Assembly (NCBI GenBank): GCA_000092065.1
Contig: CP000601.1
Reading direction: 5' to 3' (one strand)
DNA: 64,000 nucleotides
DNA from: Ostreococcus lucimarinus
Lineage: Eukaryota
This document shows, one piece after another, positions 29,885 through 41,100 of the stretch. How positions within the stretch are numbered: position 1 is the stretch's first letter; each line of letters begins with the position of its first letter. The notes beneath the pieces were generated by a model. The model was given only the letters and a program-made list of their open reading frames with translations, had not been told where the DNA came from and did not search any database. A program made the translations under genes and the position numbers.

Positions 29885-31012
29885 TCACCACAGCAAGTGC
29901 GCGCGACACGCCAGCGTCGTCTGGCGATGTCCGCGATCATCCGTGGAGATTACGACGCCCGGAATCAACGTCGAGCCGGGTTCTTCGCCGTCGGAACCGA
30001 TGCGCAAGAACGCCTCGGCTTGCACGCCGCCGCGATTGGCGGGCTTGCCGGCGACGATCCCCCATCCCGCGTTCTTCACCAGTCCCGCGCCTTTGGTCGG
30101 AGGCACGCTCGCGGCGATCCCCCACTCGGTTAAATCCTCGCGCGCGTTCGGTTGCCTGACGGCGACTTGCCCCCAGGCGTTACCGACGACGGCTCTCGTC
30201 GTCTTCGGCAGCGTCTTCGCCACCGTCAGCGCGACGCCCAGGATGGCTTCGCCGCTCTGACACCTCGACGCGTTCACCGCGAAGTTCACGTGGCGCGTGG
30301 ACGTCGAGCTCTTCGCGCTCGCCTGCGCGAGCACCTTGCCCATGTTGTCCTCGGGTTGTCGGTTCCCGGTGAACACCCCCAAGTGCGCCGCGAACCTATC
30401 CTTGTACTCCACCGACACCGCCCCCATGCTGTCCTGTTCGCATCTTTCGATCAAGTTCGACCCGAGCGCGCCGAATCCCGTGAGTCTGTGCGACCGTCTC
30501 GCGCCGCCGACCCCTCCCGGGCACGCGTCCACGCCCTCCGCGCCGAACGGCGTCGCCCGCGCCCGCACCCTCACCCCGTTCGCCGTCTCCCGCACCGTCC
30601 GCGCGAACGTCACCTTCTCCAGCGTCACCACTCGCGCCTCGTACTCGTCCTCGTTCGCCAGATAATCCGCCCGCGCGCTCGCGAACCTCACCGTCGCCTC
30701 GCCCTCCGCGCCCGCGTCGCCGAACGTCGCCCGCGTCTCGCGCGTCGCCCGCATCGTCCGCCGCGCGTCGCTCTTCATCGCTTCGGACGCGTCGTTCGAG
30801 CCTCTCGCGACGTTGATCTCGATCGCCGTCTCCGTCGCGACGCGCGCGTTCGCGCGCGCGCCGCGCAGGTCGTCGAGCGCCGACTCGGCGATTCGTAACC
30901 GTCGCGAGACGTCGTGCGTCTTCTCCGCGGCGTCGCGCGCGATTCGTCGCAGCCGCTCGACGTCGTCCGCGACGCTCGACGACGACGCGCTCGCGGGCGT
31001 CGACGCGGTCAT
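29885..31012 (-). CDS. Hypothetical protein: coiled-coil N-half plus a Gly-rich C-terminal domain
   Basis: The ORF 29885..31954 N-terminus is Arg-rich junk. The first plausible ATG is at 31010-31012 (MTASTPASASSSSVADDVERL). The C-terminal roughly 250 aa are compositionally normal (GFGALGSNLIERCEQDSMGAVSVEYKDRFAAHLGVF...). I recognise no homology. Confidence 0.35.
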   Translation of the reverse strand: MTASTPASASSSSVADDVERLRRIARDAAEKTHDVSRRLRIAESALDDLRGARANARVATETAIEINVARGSNDASEAMKSDARRTMRATRETRATFGDAGAEGEATVRFASARADYLANEDEYEARVVTLEKVTFARTVRETANGVRVRARATPFGAEGVDACPGGVGGARRSHRLTGFGALGSNLIERCEQDSMGAVSVEYKDRFAAHLGVFTGNRQPEDNMGKVLAQASAKSSTSTRHVNFAVNASRCQSGEAILGVALTVAKTLPKTTRAVVGNAWGQVAVRQPNAREDLTEWGIAASVPPTKGAGLVKNAGWGIVAGKPANRGGVQAEAFLRIGSDGEEPGSTLIPGVVISTDDRGHRQTTLACRAHLLW

Positions 31013-31062
31013 GGCGCGCGATTCGAACGCGCGTCGCGGAGTGTTCGAACGCGCGCGAATGA

Positions 31063-31863
31063 ATGCATGCGAGAATGCGCGCGCGCGCGCGTCATTCGTC
31101 GACTCGACGACGAATCGCGGGCGACATGCGCGCGACGACGGCGCGCGCGCGCGCGCGCGTCGACCGCGGCGCGCCGGCGCGTCGCTCGCGGCGTCGCGGC
31201 GTCGTCGCGCGCGCCGACCGGACGACGACGACGACATCGACGACGCGACGCGACGCGCTGCGCGCGCTCGCGCTCGCGCCGGCGCTCGCGCCGGCGCTCG
31301 CGGCGCGCGCGAACCCGCTCGAGGCGGTCGCGGACGCGCGCAAGGCGGCGAACGCGCGGTTTTTGTTGGGCCCGATCGCGCTCGCGCGCGGGCGACTCGC
31401 GGCGCTGCGGCGCGAACTCGACGACGACGCCGCGACGCTCGACGACGCCGCGCTTCGCGAGCGATTGACGAGCGCGACGCTGGATTGCACGAATCCGCGA
31501 GATTCGCTGGAGATGTACTCGAACGCGCGAGAGGTGTGCACGCTGGCCATTCTGGCTCGATCCGCGACTTCGGGACCGGCGGCGAGACGCGACGCCGCGT
31601 CTCGCGAATCCGTCGACGTCTTTCGAACCCTCGACGCGTGTCGCGCCTCGTTCGAGGCGCTCGAGCGCGTCCTCGCGTCTTCGGCCGCGGGCGAGCGCGA
31701 GCGCGACGCCGCGTTCGACGCGTGCGACGCGGCGCTGCTCGAGTTCGCGCTTCGCGTGCTCGCGTGTTTCGGCTTCGACGACGCGCGCGCGCGCGACGCG
31801 ATGGCGGCCGTGCCGGGCGCGTTCGCCGATCCCTCGGCGTCGCGTCGATCGAACGCGTCTTAA
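31063..31863 (+). CDS. Hypothetical protein with a transit-peptide-like N-terminus, divergent from the previous gene
   Basis: The presequence is Arg/Ala/Thr-rich. The body is non-repetitive (PLEAVADARKAANARFLLGPIALARGRLAALRRELDD...EMYSNAREVCTLAILARSATSG...DACRASFEALERVL). The antisense frame here is junk. The real start may be the ATG at about 31123. Confidence 0.35.
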   Translation: MHARMRARARHSSTRRRIAGDMRATTARARARVDRGAPARRSRRRGVVARADRTTTTTSTTRRDALRALALAPALAPALAARANPLEAVADARKAANARFLLGPIALARGRLAALRRELDDDAATLDDAALRERLTSATLDCTNPRDSLEMYSNAREVCTLAILARSATSGPAARRDAASRESVDVFRTLDACRASFEALERVLASSAAGERERDAAFDACDAALLEFALRVLACFGFDDARARDAMAAVPGAFADPSASRRSNAS

Positions 31864-32055
31864 AAGCTCGCCGTGCGTCGATTCTCGCGCGCGTTCGAAA
31901 CCGCGCGCTCTTTGTCGTTCGAATCAGAATCTTTCTTTTCGCCGTCATCGTCATTCGTCGCGCGAACGCCCCGACGTCACTTTTCGACGCGTCTCGACGC
32001 GTCTCGACGCGCGCGCGCGCCTCTCGCGCGCCCGCGAGCGGCGTCGCGCGCGCGC

Positions 32056-35000
32056 ATGGTCGAACTCACGATCGTCCCGTCGTGGGACGGTAAGGGCGTC
32101 ACCTGGCGCCCGATATTCGACGACGACGAGGAGGCTTTCGCGGCGTACACGCACGCGTGCGAGTACGCGAAGAGCGGACGCGGGAAGTGCGGGAAGTGCG
32201 GGGAAAAGGTGCGGCGAATCGACGAATCGACGCGAAGAGAAGAGAAAAAAGACTGACGACGAGGGGTTCGGATCGGCGACGAAGATCGCGAAGGACGCGG
32301 TGCGAATCGGGGAACCGCTCAAGTATCGCGGCGGCGATTACGGATGGATATCGAAGTGGATGCATCCGGAGTGTTATCGCGCGGAGGGAGTCACGAGGGA
32401 GGAGCTGGAGACGCGCGTGCACGGGTTGGACGCGCTGAAGGATGGGGATCGGGAGGTGTTGCTGGCGACGGTGCTGTCGCCGGATCGGCCGGAGATCGAG
32501 AACACGGCGTTGGACGTGACGAGCGAGGAGTTTTTGCGTCGGCCGGCGGTGGAACCGATGGAGGCGCCGCGGGCGTTGACGCGGCCGTTGTTGGGGTTTC
32601 AGCGCGAGGGGTTGCGGTGGATGTGCGATAACGAGAGCGGCGATGCGAAGGGGGGGATATTGGCGGATGAGATGGGGATGGGGAAGACGATACAGTGCAT
32701 ATCGATGTTGCTGGCGAGGAAGGAGGCGTGGATGCGAGACCGCGCCGAGGTGGGGGAGATGGTGACGGACGACGACAGACCGCCGCCGACGCTCGTGGTG
32801 GTGCCGACGTCGGCGCTCGTTCAGTGGGAAGAAGAGATCAAATCGTGCGTCGAGGAAGGGTCGCTGCGCGTGTTTGTGTATTACGCTGATCGCGCAAACG
32901 TCGTGGAAGGAGACTTTAAAGGATACGACGTCGTGTTGACGACGTATCCCGTCGTCGAAGCCGAGTGGCGGAAAATCATCAACCGACACTTGACGGCGTG
33001 TCAGTGGTGTGGGAAAAAGTACTTACCTCGCTCCATGGTGACGCACTTGAAGTACTTCTGTGGACCAGACGCCGTGCGCACGGAAAAACTCGCGCGGCGC
33101 GAGGTGACGCGCGACGTGGCGAACGAAAAAGCCATGCGCACGCTGAAAATCAAGCCGGGCAGCGCCAAGGACGTGAAGAAGGGGATTCCCACGATGGCGA
33201 ACGTATACAAGGAACTCATGGCGATGGCCGGACGGGAGACGCTGAGCATGTATGATGGCGCGCACAAGGCGCGCGCACGCGCGGCTTCAGGTCTCGCCCC
33301 GGGCGGCGACGTCGTCGTCGTCAAGGAGGAAGTTGAAGACGGCGTCGCCGAGCCGAGCGAAGTTCTGAAAGCTTTGATTTCGCAGCTTCCAGTGCCGACG
33401 ATTGTAGTTGAGAATATCAAAGAGGAGTCGATTGAGGAGAAAGAAAAAGAGGTCGAGTCAGTGAACGAGCCCGCCTTGGCTGACGCGTCAACGGCGGCGA
33501 TAGCGAGTACGGTGAAGAAGGCGCAGAAGCGCAAGTCGAAGGCTTCGGGTAAAGCGACTTCGACTTCGAGCGCAAAGAAAAAGAAGAAGAGTCTGCGCGA
33601 AGCTAGCGACGGCGAGGCTGAAAGTGATTACAAACCGGACAGTGATAGCGAAGATGATGAGATCATATTAGTCGACGATAGCGAGAGCGAAGATAGAAAG
33701 CCAAAGAAGAAACAGAAGAAAAAGAAAACGCCGGCGAAAACCGAGGAAGCGGACGACGTGAAGGCGTCCAACATCGACGACATTCCGCAAACCTCGCAAG
33801 GTGGTTCGCAAGGTGGGAGCCAGTTTGAAGACGAAGACGACGTAGATTTGTCGGATTCCCTTCTTCATCGCACGCAGTGGCACCGAATCGTTCTCGACGA
33901 AGCGCACAAGATCAAGGCGCGCACGAGCAACACCGCCAAGTGTATCTACGCTTTGAAATCCACGTATAAGTGGTGTTTGACAGGTACACCGTTGCAGAAT
34001 CGAATCGGCGATCTTTACAGCTTGGTGAGATTTTTGCGTATGGATCCGTACGCGTTTTACTTTTGTTCGACGAAGGGTTGCGAGTGCAAAACGCTCACCT
34101 GGAACTTCGGTCCTCAGGCGCGATTTTGTACCAACTGCGGATGCGGCGCTCCTAGGCATTATTCGCATTTCAATCGCACCGTGCTAAACCCGATCAACCG
34201 TTATGGCTACATCGGTGACGGCAAGAAAGCGATGCTGACTCTTAGAAATGACATTTTGTTGCCGATGCAACTTCGCCGGACCAAGGCGGAACGCGCCGAG
34301 GACGTGCGACTGCCGGACTTGAAGATTATCATTCAAGAAAACACATTCAATGAGGTTGAACAAGACTTTTACGAGTCTCTGTACATGCTGACGCGCTCGA
34401 AGTTCGACGCGTTCGTGAAGAAAGGGAGCGTTTTGCACAACTACGCACACGTCTTCGAGCTCCTCGCACGACTGCGACAAGCGTGCGATCATCCGTACTT
34501 GGTGATTCATTCGAAGAGTGCGAACGTGAAAAAAGACGCCCCTGACGCGCCGAAAGTTGAATCCCCGGCAGACACCGACGTTCCGAAGCATTATTGTGGC
34601 ATGTGTCAGGACGAAATTGAGGAAGAAGACGCGGCTCTGGCGAATTGCAAACACATTTTCCATCGTGAGTGCATCATGCAATACGCGTCTTGTGCGCCTG
34701 CGGATGGCAAAAAAGTGACTTGTCCCGTCTGTCGCACGGCGTTGACGATTGACTTCTCTCCAGAAAGTCTCGAAAACGTCAAGAGTGCCATTAGTCGTAA
34801 TTTCAAGGATGCGCTACCAGACAAGTCAATTCTCAACAAGCTCGATCTCACGCAGTACACGTCGAGCACAAAGGTTGAGACGCTCGTTAACGCTCTGCGA
34901 GACATGCGTAATCAAGAAAATGGGCACTTAAACAAAGCCATCGTGTTTTCGCAGTACACAGCCATGATAGAAATCGTCGAATGGCGTTTGAAAAAGGCCA

Positions 35001-35392
35001 AGTTTACCATCGCCAAGCTTCTCGGTTCCATGCCGGTCACGCAACGCGCGGCGAATTTGCAAGCTTTCCGAGAAGATCCAAACGTCAGCGTGATCTTGAT
35101 GAGTCTCAAATCTGGCGGTGAAGGACTCAACTTGCAAGCGGCGAATTACGTATACGTTCTTGAGCCATGGTGGAACCCAGCGGTGGAAATGCAAGCCGTG
35201 ATGCGCGCACATCGCATCGGGCAGCTTCGACCGGTGACCGCTGTTCGATTTTCGACCAAAGGCACGATTGAAGAACGCATGATGGAGCTTCAAGAAAAGA
35301 AGCAGCTTGTGTTCGAAGGGTGTATGGACGGCAATCAAGCCGCGCTTTCTCAACTGACTGCCGAAGACTTGCAATTTTTGTTCAAGCGATGA
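32056..35392 (+). CDS. RAD16/RAD5-family SNF2 ATPase with a RING finger and an N-terminal PARP-type zinc finger; two exons, about 32056..32208 and 32294..35392
   Basis: SNF2 N-domain: LLGFQREGLRWM...ILADEMGMGKTIQ...VVPTSALVQWEEEI...LDEAHKIK...LTGTPLQNRIGDLYSL. Inserted C3HC4 RING: CGMCQDEIEEEDAALANCKHIFHRECI...CPVCR. Helicase-C: ANYVYVLEPWWNPAVEMQAVMRAHRIGQ. Upstream, in another frame (ORF 31873..32256), CEYAKSGRGKCGKCGEK is the first half of a PARP-type zinc finger, and RIGEPLKYRGGDYGWISKWMHPECY at the start of ORF 32300 is the second half. They join across an intron of about 85 nt (GTGCGG...CTGAC...GCGAAG) at approximately 32209..32293. My hand count is off by one from the ORF track here, so treat these as +/-1. 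Confidence 0.75.
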
Positions 35393-35477
35393 CGATGATG
35401 TATGGTATAATGACAAATTTGACCTATGTAGCTAAAACGCTGTAACGCTGTGATGTGAGCACTTTCTGTCATGGCTC

Positions 35478-37973
35478 TTAAAAATCCTTGAAAATCTCGT
35501 TCGCACGATTCATAGACGCATCCGTCGGTCCTCTCGCCGAATCCATTTCAGTTGCGAGCAACGATTCCCGTTCGATCTCGATAAGACGTTCGCGCTGAAT
35601 TTCTAAAAACTGCCGCGAAAGCGTCAGCGGCTTGGGCGTGTACTCGCCACTCTCTAGCAGCGCCCAGTCAAACTTGGCGAACCAAGGGTGTCTCTTAATC
35701 TGACTGACCCCGCCTTGCATGTTTCCGAGCCTTTTCGCCGAGTTTCGCTGCAAGAGCTGAGAAATAAAATTGCACGCCTCGTCGGTGGCGTACGTGGGGT
35801 ATTGCACCTCGTACGACATGTCCACGATTCGCCGCATCACTTTCAATGGATCGTCTTTTTGGGACGGATCCTTTGATATCGTGAACGGCTGTTGTCCCGT
35901 TATTGTGACGTACGTCAAAACACCCAGCGCCCACCAATCGACGGCGTAGCCGTATCCCGTGGACAGCACAATTTCTGGCGCCACGTACCCAGGGGTGCCG
36001 CAAAACGTAAACGCGCGTTCGCCGACGTCAAGTTTCTTCGCGTAGCCAAAATCTCCGAGCTTACATTTGCCGTTGAGCGCAAGCAATACATTCTCTGGCT
36101 TCAAGTCGCGATAGATGATTTGGTTGCCGTGCAGATACTCGAACGCGAGAATAACCATGGCGGTGTAGTATCGCGCCGTGTCTTCGCTGATGCCAATCTG
36201 CGTGGGCACGTGGCGAATCTCACCATCGATTTGTGTCGGAATTAACTTCACTTGCACCGCGCTCGCAAGCATGTCCATCAAGTCACACCCATCCATGATG
36301 TCGAAAAGCATGTACAGATGATTCCTGTCTTGGAAACTGGCGTGCTGACACATCAACGAAAAGTGGCTGATTTCGCTCGTGACTTCCTTTTCGCAGAAAA
36401 TGTGCGACGGACTCTCCATCACGGCACGCTTACGCACGCGCTTGAGCGCGAAGGCGCGCGGTGACGACACATTCATACCTTCTTGAATAACGCGATACAC
36501 GTGCCCACCAGTGCCTCCACCGAGCATTTCCTTCTCCACTAAATCGATCGACCCCAACTCCCGATTGACGTCCGTGGCGAACGACCTCGGGTTTACTGAG
36601 CCGTACATGCTAATGTTCACCTTCTTTCCTCCCACGCGCGCGCTACCTAACAGGCGAATTCGGGCGGAGCGCCACGACTTTTCACCCTTGAGCTGCCGCA
36701 TGCGATTACGAATGACTTCTCGAGACTTTTCTCGAAGTAAATCTTCGCGCACGGATGACAGCTTCTCGAGGAACACGTCTCGATTGACGACGTAACACAC
36801 CAGAGGAGTTTCCACGCATCGCACGGTGTACTCTCGCGGTTCATCACCGCGAATGATCTCGGAAGCACCAAAAAAGTCGTGTCGAAACAAGTGATTCACC
36901 GTGCGCGGTTCACCCGTGTCCGGGTCGAGCTTGGAAACTTGCGCTCGCCCCGAATTGACGAGGTAAAATTTACCGTCGCACGCTTCGCCTTCGGTAATAA
37001 CGTCCGTGTACGGGTCGAACGAGACCGTCTCCAAGGCATCCGCGAACGACTTCCGCGTGTCGATCGGTAAAGCGCTGAGCACGGGAACTTGTTCGAGGAA
37101 TAAATTCTTCGCGAGCGTCGTCGCCTCGACGCTGTGCTTGACCTCCCTCTTGAAGACTTGTTGCGTGCACACCCAAACCTGCGACCGCGTCTTCGCCCGC
37201 ACCGTCGCCGAGCGCGGCACGCTATAAAGTAAAGCTAACTCGCCGATGATATCGCCTTTCGTGCGCGTGAGGACGCTGATATCGGCGCCGAGCCGATTTT
37301 GCAGCACGTCGAATTCGCCTCCGGCGATGAGATACAACGCGTCGCCCGGTTCGTCCTCCTCCATCAAAATCGTCCCCTCCGGCACGTTGATGAAGAACAT
37401 TTCGCTCGCCACGCGTCGCCTGACGTTCGCATCGAGCTCAGAAAACGTAAACGTCTGCGACAGCGCCTCGCACAGCGGTTCCAATTCGCTCTTCGTCGCT
37501 CTCCGTCGCTTCGCCAGCATCTTCGCGTTCAGCTTCACGAAATACGTCAGCTCCGCCGATCCCGCGTCGCCGACGAACTCATCGTCTCCTCCGTTCGCGT
37601 TCGCCGTCGCCTCTTCCCCCGACGCGAGCGATCCCTGACTCGCGCGCAGCGCGTAGTCGACGCTCTGCCGCCTCGCCTTCGCCTCGCCCGCCGACGCCGA
37701 CGCCGACGTCGACGCCGACGCCGTCGACGTCGCGCGCGCGCGCGTCCCGTCCGACGTCCGACCCGCGTCGGCGTCGCTCGCGCTCGTCGACCCATCGCTC
37801 GCGTCGCGTCGCGCGTCCTCGTCGTCCGACGCCGCGTCCCGCGCGCCGAAGCAGCATCCGACGCGCGCGCGCGCGCGCGCCGTCGGTCGCGCGCGTCCGC
37901 GCGCGCGCGCGTCCGACGACGAGTCCGTCGCGCGGCGCGATCGCATGCGCGCGGTGTCGACCTCGTCCGCCAT
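35478..37973 (-). CDS. cGMP-dependent protein kinase (PKG): tandem cyclic-nucleotide-binding domains plus an AGC kinase domain
   Basis: Two cNMP-binding domains (GDALYLIAGGEFDV...GELALLYSVPRSATVRA; GKFYLVNSGRAQVS...FGASEIIRGDEPREYTVRCV). The kinase domain has GTGGHVYRV..ALKRV, HGNQIIYRDLKPENVLL, DFGYAK, GTPGYVAPE, and an AGC C-tail. The N-terminal roughly 150 aa are Ser/Ala/Asp-rich low complexity. Confidence 0.8.
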   Translation of the reverse strand: MADEVDTARMRSRRATDSSSDARARGRARPTARARARVGCCFGARDAASDDEDARRDASDGSTSASDADAGRTSDGTRARATSTASASTSASASAGEAKARRQSVDYALRASQGSLASGEEATANANGGDDEFVGDAGSAELTYFVKLNAKMLAKRRRATKSELEPLCEALSQTFTFSELDANVRRRVASEMFFINVPEGTILMEEDEPGDALYLIAGGEFDVLQNRLGADISVLTRTKGDIIGELALLYSVPRSATVRAKTRSQVWVCTQQVFKREVKHSVEATTLAKNLFLEQVPVLSALPIDTRKSFADALETVSFDPYTDVITEGEACDGKFYLVNSGRAQVSKLDPDTGEPRTVNHLFRHDFFGASEIIRGDEPREYTVRCVETPLVCYVVNRDVFLEKLSSVREDLLREKSREVIRNRMRQLKGEKSWRSARIRLLGSARVGGKKVNISMYGSVNPRSFATDVNRELGSIDLVEKEMLGGGTGGHVYRVIQEGMNVSSPRAFALKRVRKRAVMESPSHIFCEKEVTSEISHFSLMCQHASFQDRNHLYMLFDIMDGCDLMDMLASAVQVKLIPTQIDGEIRHVPTQIGISEDTARYYTAMVILAFEYLHGNQIIYRDLKPENVLLALNGKCKLGDFGYAKKLDVGERAFTFCGTPGYVAPEIVLSTGYGYAVDWWALGVLTYVTITGQQPFTISKDPSQKDDPLKVMRRIVDMSYEVQYPTYATDEACNFISQLLQRNSAKRLGNMQGGVSQIKRHPWFAKFDWALLESGEYTPKPLTLSRQFLEIQRERLIEIERESLLATEMDSARGPTDASMNRANEIFKDF

Positions 37974-38180
37974 CGCGCGCGCGCCGCGGGAAGTGCCGAC
38001 GGACGCGCGGCGTCACATCGCCGCGCCGACGCGCGCCGAGTCGCGCCGCGAGCGCGCCGCGCGTCGGAGCGACGCGCGCGCGACGCGCGCGCGTCGCGCG
38101 TCGACGCGCGTCCGCCGCGAGCGTCGAGCGACGCTCGGAAGCGACGCGAATTCGGGTTGGGATTCGGCGGCGGCGGTGCG

Positions 38181-41100
38181 ATGGCGATTCGACGCGCGTG
38201 CGGCGCGCCGCCGCGCGCGACGGGCGCCGCGCGCGCGCGCGGGACGCGGACGATGGTCGCGCGACGCGCGATCGTGCCGGACAGGGACGACGGCGCGCGC
38301 GCGCGGGATGAGACGCGAGGAGAGACGCGCGCGGGACGAGGGCGCGAGCGCGGCGCGAGCGAGGGCGAACGCGAACGCGAACGCGCGCGGAGGGAATACA
38401 GGGCGTACCGCGCGCGACGGACGGACGTCGGGATGGACGCGCGCGCGGGGGAAGGGACGTCGACGTCGTACGGGACGGATGGCGCGGACGCGGACGCGGA
38501 GGCGGCGGCGAGGCGGGGACACGCGGAGGCGCTGCGCGCCGGGGACGTCGACGGTGCGGTGAAGGCGCTGGCGACGCTGGCGAGGCGGGGGGAAGGGGAC
38601 GCGCGGATGACGCGCGCGGTGGTGTCGAAAGCGATGGCGAAATCGCTCGCGAAATCGCATAAGGGGTTCATGAAGCTGTGCGTGAAGACGTACAGGATGG
38701 ACGCGGCGCTGCGGTACGCGCGTCTCTTCGACGCGCGCGATCGCGATTTCGCGCGCGGGAAGGATTTGTATTGCACGGTGATTTATCTGTGCGGTCGCGA
38801 GGAGGGGTCGAATCAGTGGAACATCGCGCGAGAGGCGTTTGAGCTTCGACGAGACGAAGCGGGGTTGGAGCCGGATCCGTACGCGTACAGCGCGCTCGTG
38901 TGCGCGGCGGGACGGTGCGGAAAGGCTAGGACGGCGCGAGAGGTGTTCGAGGAAGCGAATGCGGTCAATGCGGTGGATACGGTGGTGTACAACGCGTACA
39001 TAGACGTGTGTGCGCACGGGGGTGATTACGACGGCGCGAGGGCGACGCTCGAGCGCATGAAGACGACGCCGAATTGCGCGCCGAATATTCGTTCGTACAA
39101 CGGCGTCATATCCGCGGCGACGCGCAAAAAGCACTTCCCGGGCGCGATGTGGGCTTGGGAAGAGATCGAGACGGCGAATTTACAGCCAACCATGATCACA
39201 TACGGCGCCATGCTCGCCGCGGGCGCGGCGGCGGACGACGTCGACGTGCGTTGGTCGGAGGACTTGTTCGCTCAAGCGTTGGAATCTGGCGCGTGTGGCA
39301 ACGCAGGGAACGATCACATGGTGACTTCTATGCTCCAGACGTATGCTCGCGGCGTCGCGCTCGAGCAAATCGAGCGTGATGTCGCGATGGAACGCGGAGA
39401 GAGCGTCGTGCAAGCGCTCATAGAGGACGCGCAGTGGGACGAACGGCGCGCCGAGTCAACGCCCAACGGACGCGTCTGGTCGGCGTTGATAACGCTTTGC
39501 GCTCGATGTGGGCGCGCCGCGCGCGCGATCGAAGTGCTCAAGATTATGATTTCTACTCGCTCGCATCGTGTGGGACACGAATGGTTGCACTTGACGTACG
39601 CCTTGACGTCCGCGCTCGAAGCGTCGAAGGAGGGCATCGAGTACTTTGCCCGCGTGCAGCGCGAAATCGAACAGAGCCCGGCGATGGTTCGAGACTGCAC
39701 GGGCGTTCGCAACGGCTTAATCGCCACACATTTGCACTTTGGTGATTTCAAGAGTGCGTTTAAAGTCTACGACGACTTCAAAAACGATATTTTCAAGTAC
39801 CGCAAGGCGCACGAAGAGAATTGGAACGCGCGCGCGCGGAGAGGGTTGGAACGTCAACTTCCAGATACGATTACGTACAACTCCCTCATCTACGCGTGCG
39901 CTGATGACGACGTCAAGGCCATGGGACTGTATCACGACATGGTCTCGAACGGAATCAATCCTACAGTGCGAACGTACGTCGCGCTCATCGTCGCCTTGAG
40001 CCGATCAAAGCGTGGAAGTAAAGTCACCGAGGCGGAAAAAATATTCAAAGCCGCCATCGACGACGGCGTGACGCCGAACGAGTTTTTGTTCACCGCGCTC
40101 ATGGACGCTCAGGTCAAAGGCAACCGGCCGTTATCTGCGTTTGAAACGTACGCGCGCATGATTGAAGCTGATGTCAACTGCACGACTGTGACTTTCGGGT
40201 GCGCACTGCAAGCGTGCTGTTACGTCGAGGATGTCGAGGAGAGCGTCGAGCGCGCGTACTCGGTGCTTCGTGATATGACGGAGCGTGACGTCCAGATGAA
40301 CGACTGGTGCTCTAACACGTTCTTGCGCGTCATATCACGCGCCGGTCGCATTGAAGAAATGCTCGAAGAAGTGAAAAAGACGGTTCGTCGTAAAGGCAAG
40401 CTCGAACAAGAGACGCTTGAAGCCATCATTCGGGCCTTGTGTTCGGCGGGTTACGTCGAGCGCGCCAATCGCTTCATCTCTATGATGAACTCGCGTAACT
40501 TGGAACCGCGTGAGCAAACGTTCAAGGAGTTCATCGTCGCGAGTAGTCGCGATGGATTCGTCGATTGGGCTTGGGAGTCGTACAAACGTTTCACACGTTT
40601 AGGACACAAACTCGACGCGGGCACGCGGTCGGCGCTAGTCACCGTCTTGAGCGTCGCTTCGACGAGCCCGGACCCCGACGATGCGGAACTCTTGCTCGCT
40701 CGCGCGATCGGCGTCTTCGAAGCCGCGTTTAAACGCGCGGATGAAGACAATGGGCCACAAGTCTTGGACGTCATCGACGCCGAAGCGCGATGCGCGCTCA
40801 TAGTCGCCATGGCGCGAAGCGAAAAACTTGACCGAGCATTGGATATCTGGCGCGACTCCCCAAAGGCTCAATCATTTTCCAAGGCGCGTAAGCACACTTC
40901 GAGTGAAGGGAACGATTACATCGGCGATGTGCGCGCCATGTATGAGTGCCTCATCGAAGTGTGCTGTCACGAAGATCGCATCGACGACGCGCTGGAGGTG
41001 TTCGATCACTTGAAGGACGCCGGCGTGCGCGTCAGTACGGTGACGCTCGCGTTTTTGGAATCATCGTGCCGCCGATGTCGCGTGGAGGAATGGCGAATGT

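Noticed and set aside
30152-32093. ORFs 30152..30898 +, 30813..32093 +, 30914..31468 + and 31092..31550 -
   Set aside because: They are out-of-frame or antisense shadows of the 29885..31012 (-) and 31063..31863 (+) genes, with Arg/His/Pro-rich nonsense composition.
37299-38180. N-terminal 290 codons of ORF 37299..41276 overlapping the PKG gene on the opposite strand
   Set aside because: This stretch is a poly-Arg/Ala translation of the reverse complement of the PKG coding sequence plus the GC-rich intergenic block. PPR homology only begins well downstream, so I placed the start at the ATG near 38181.
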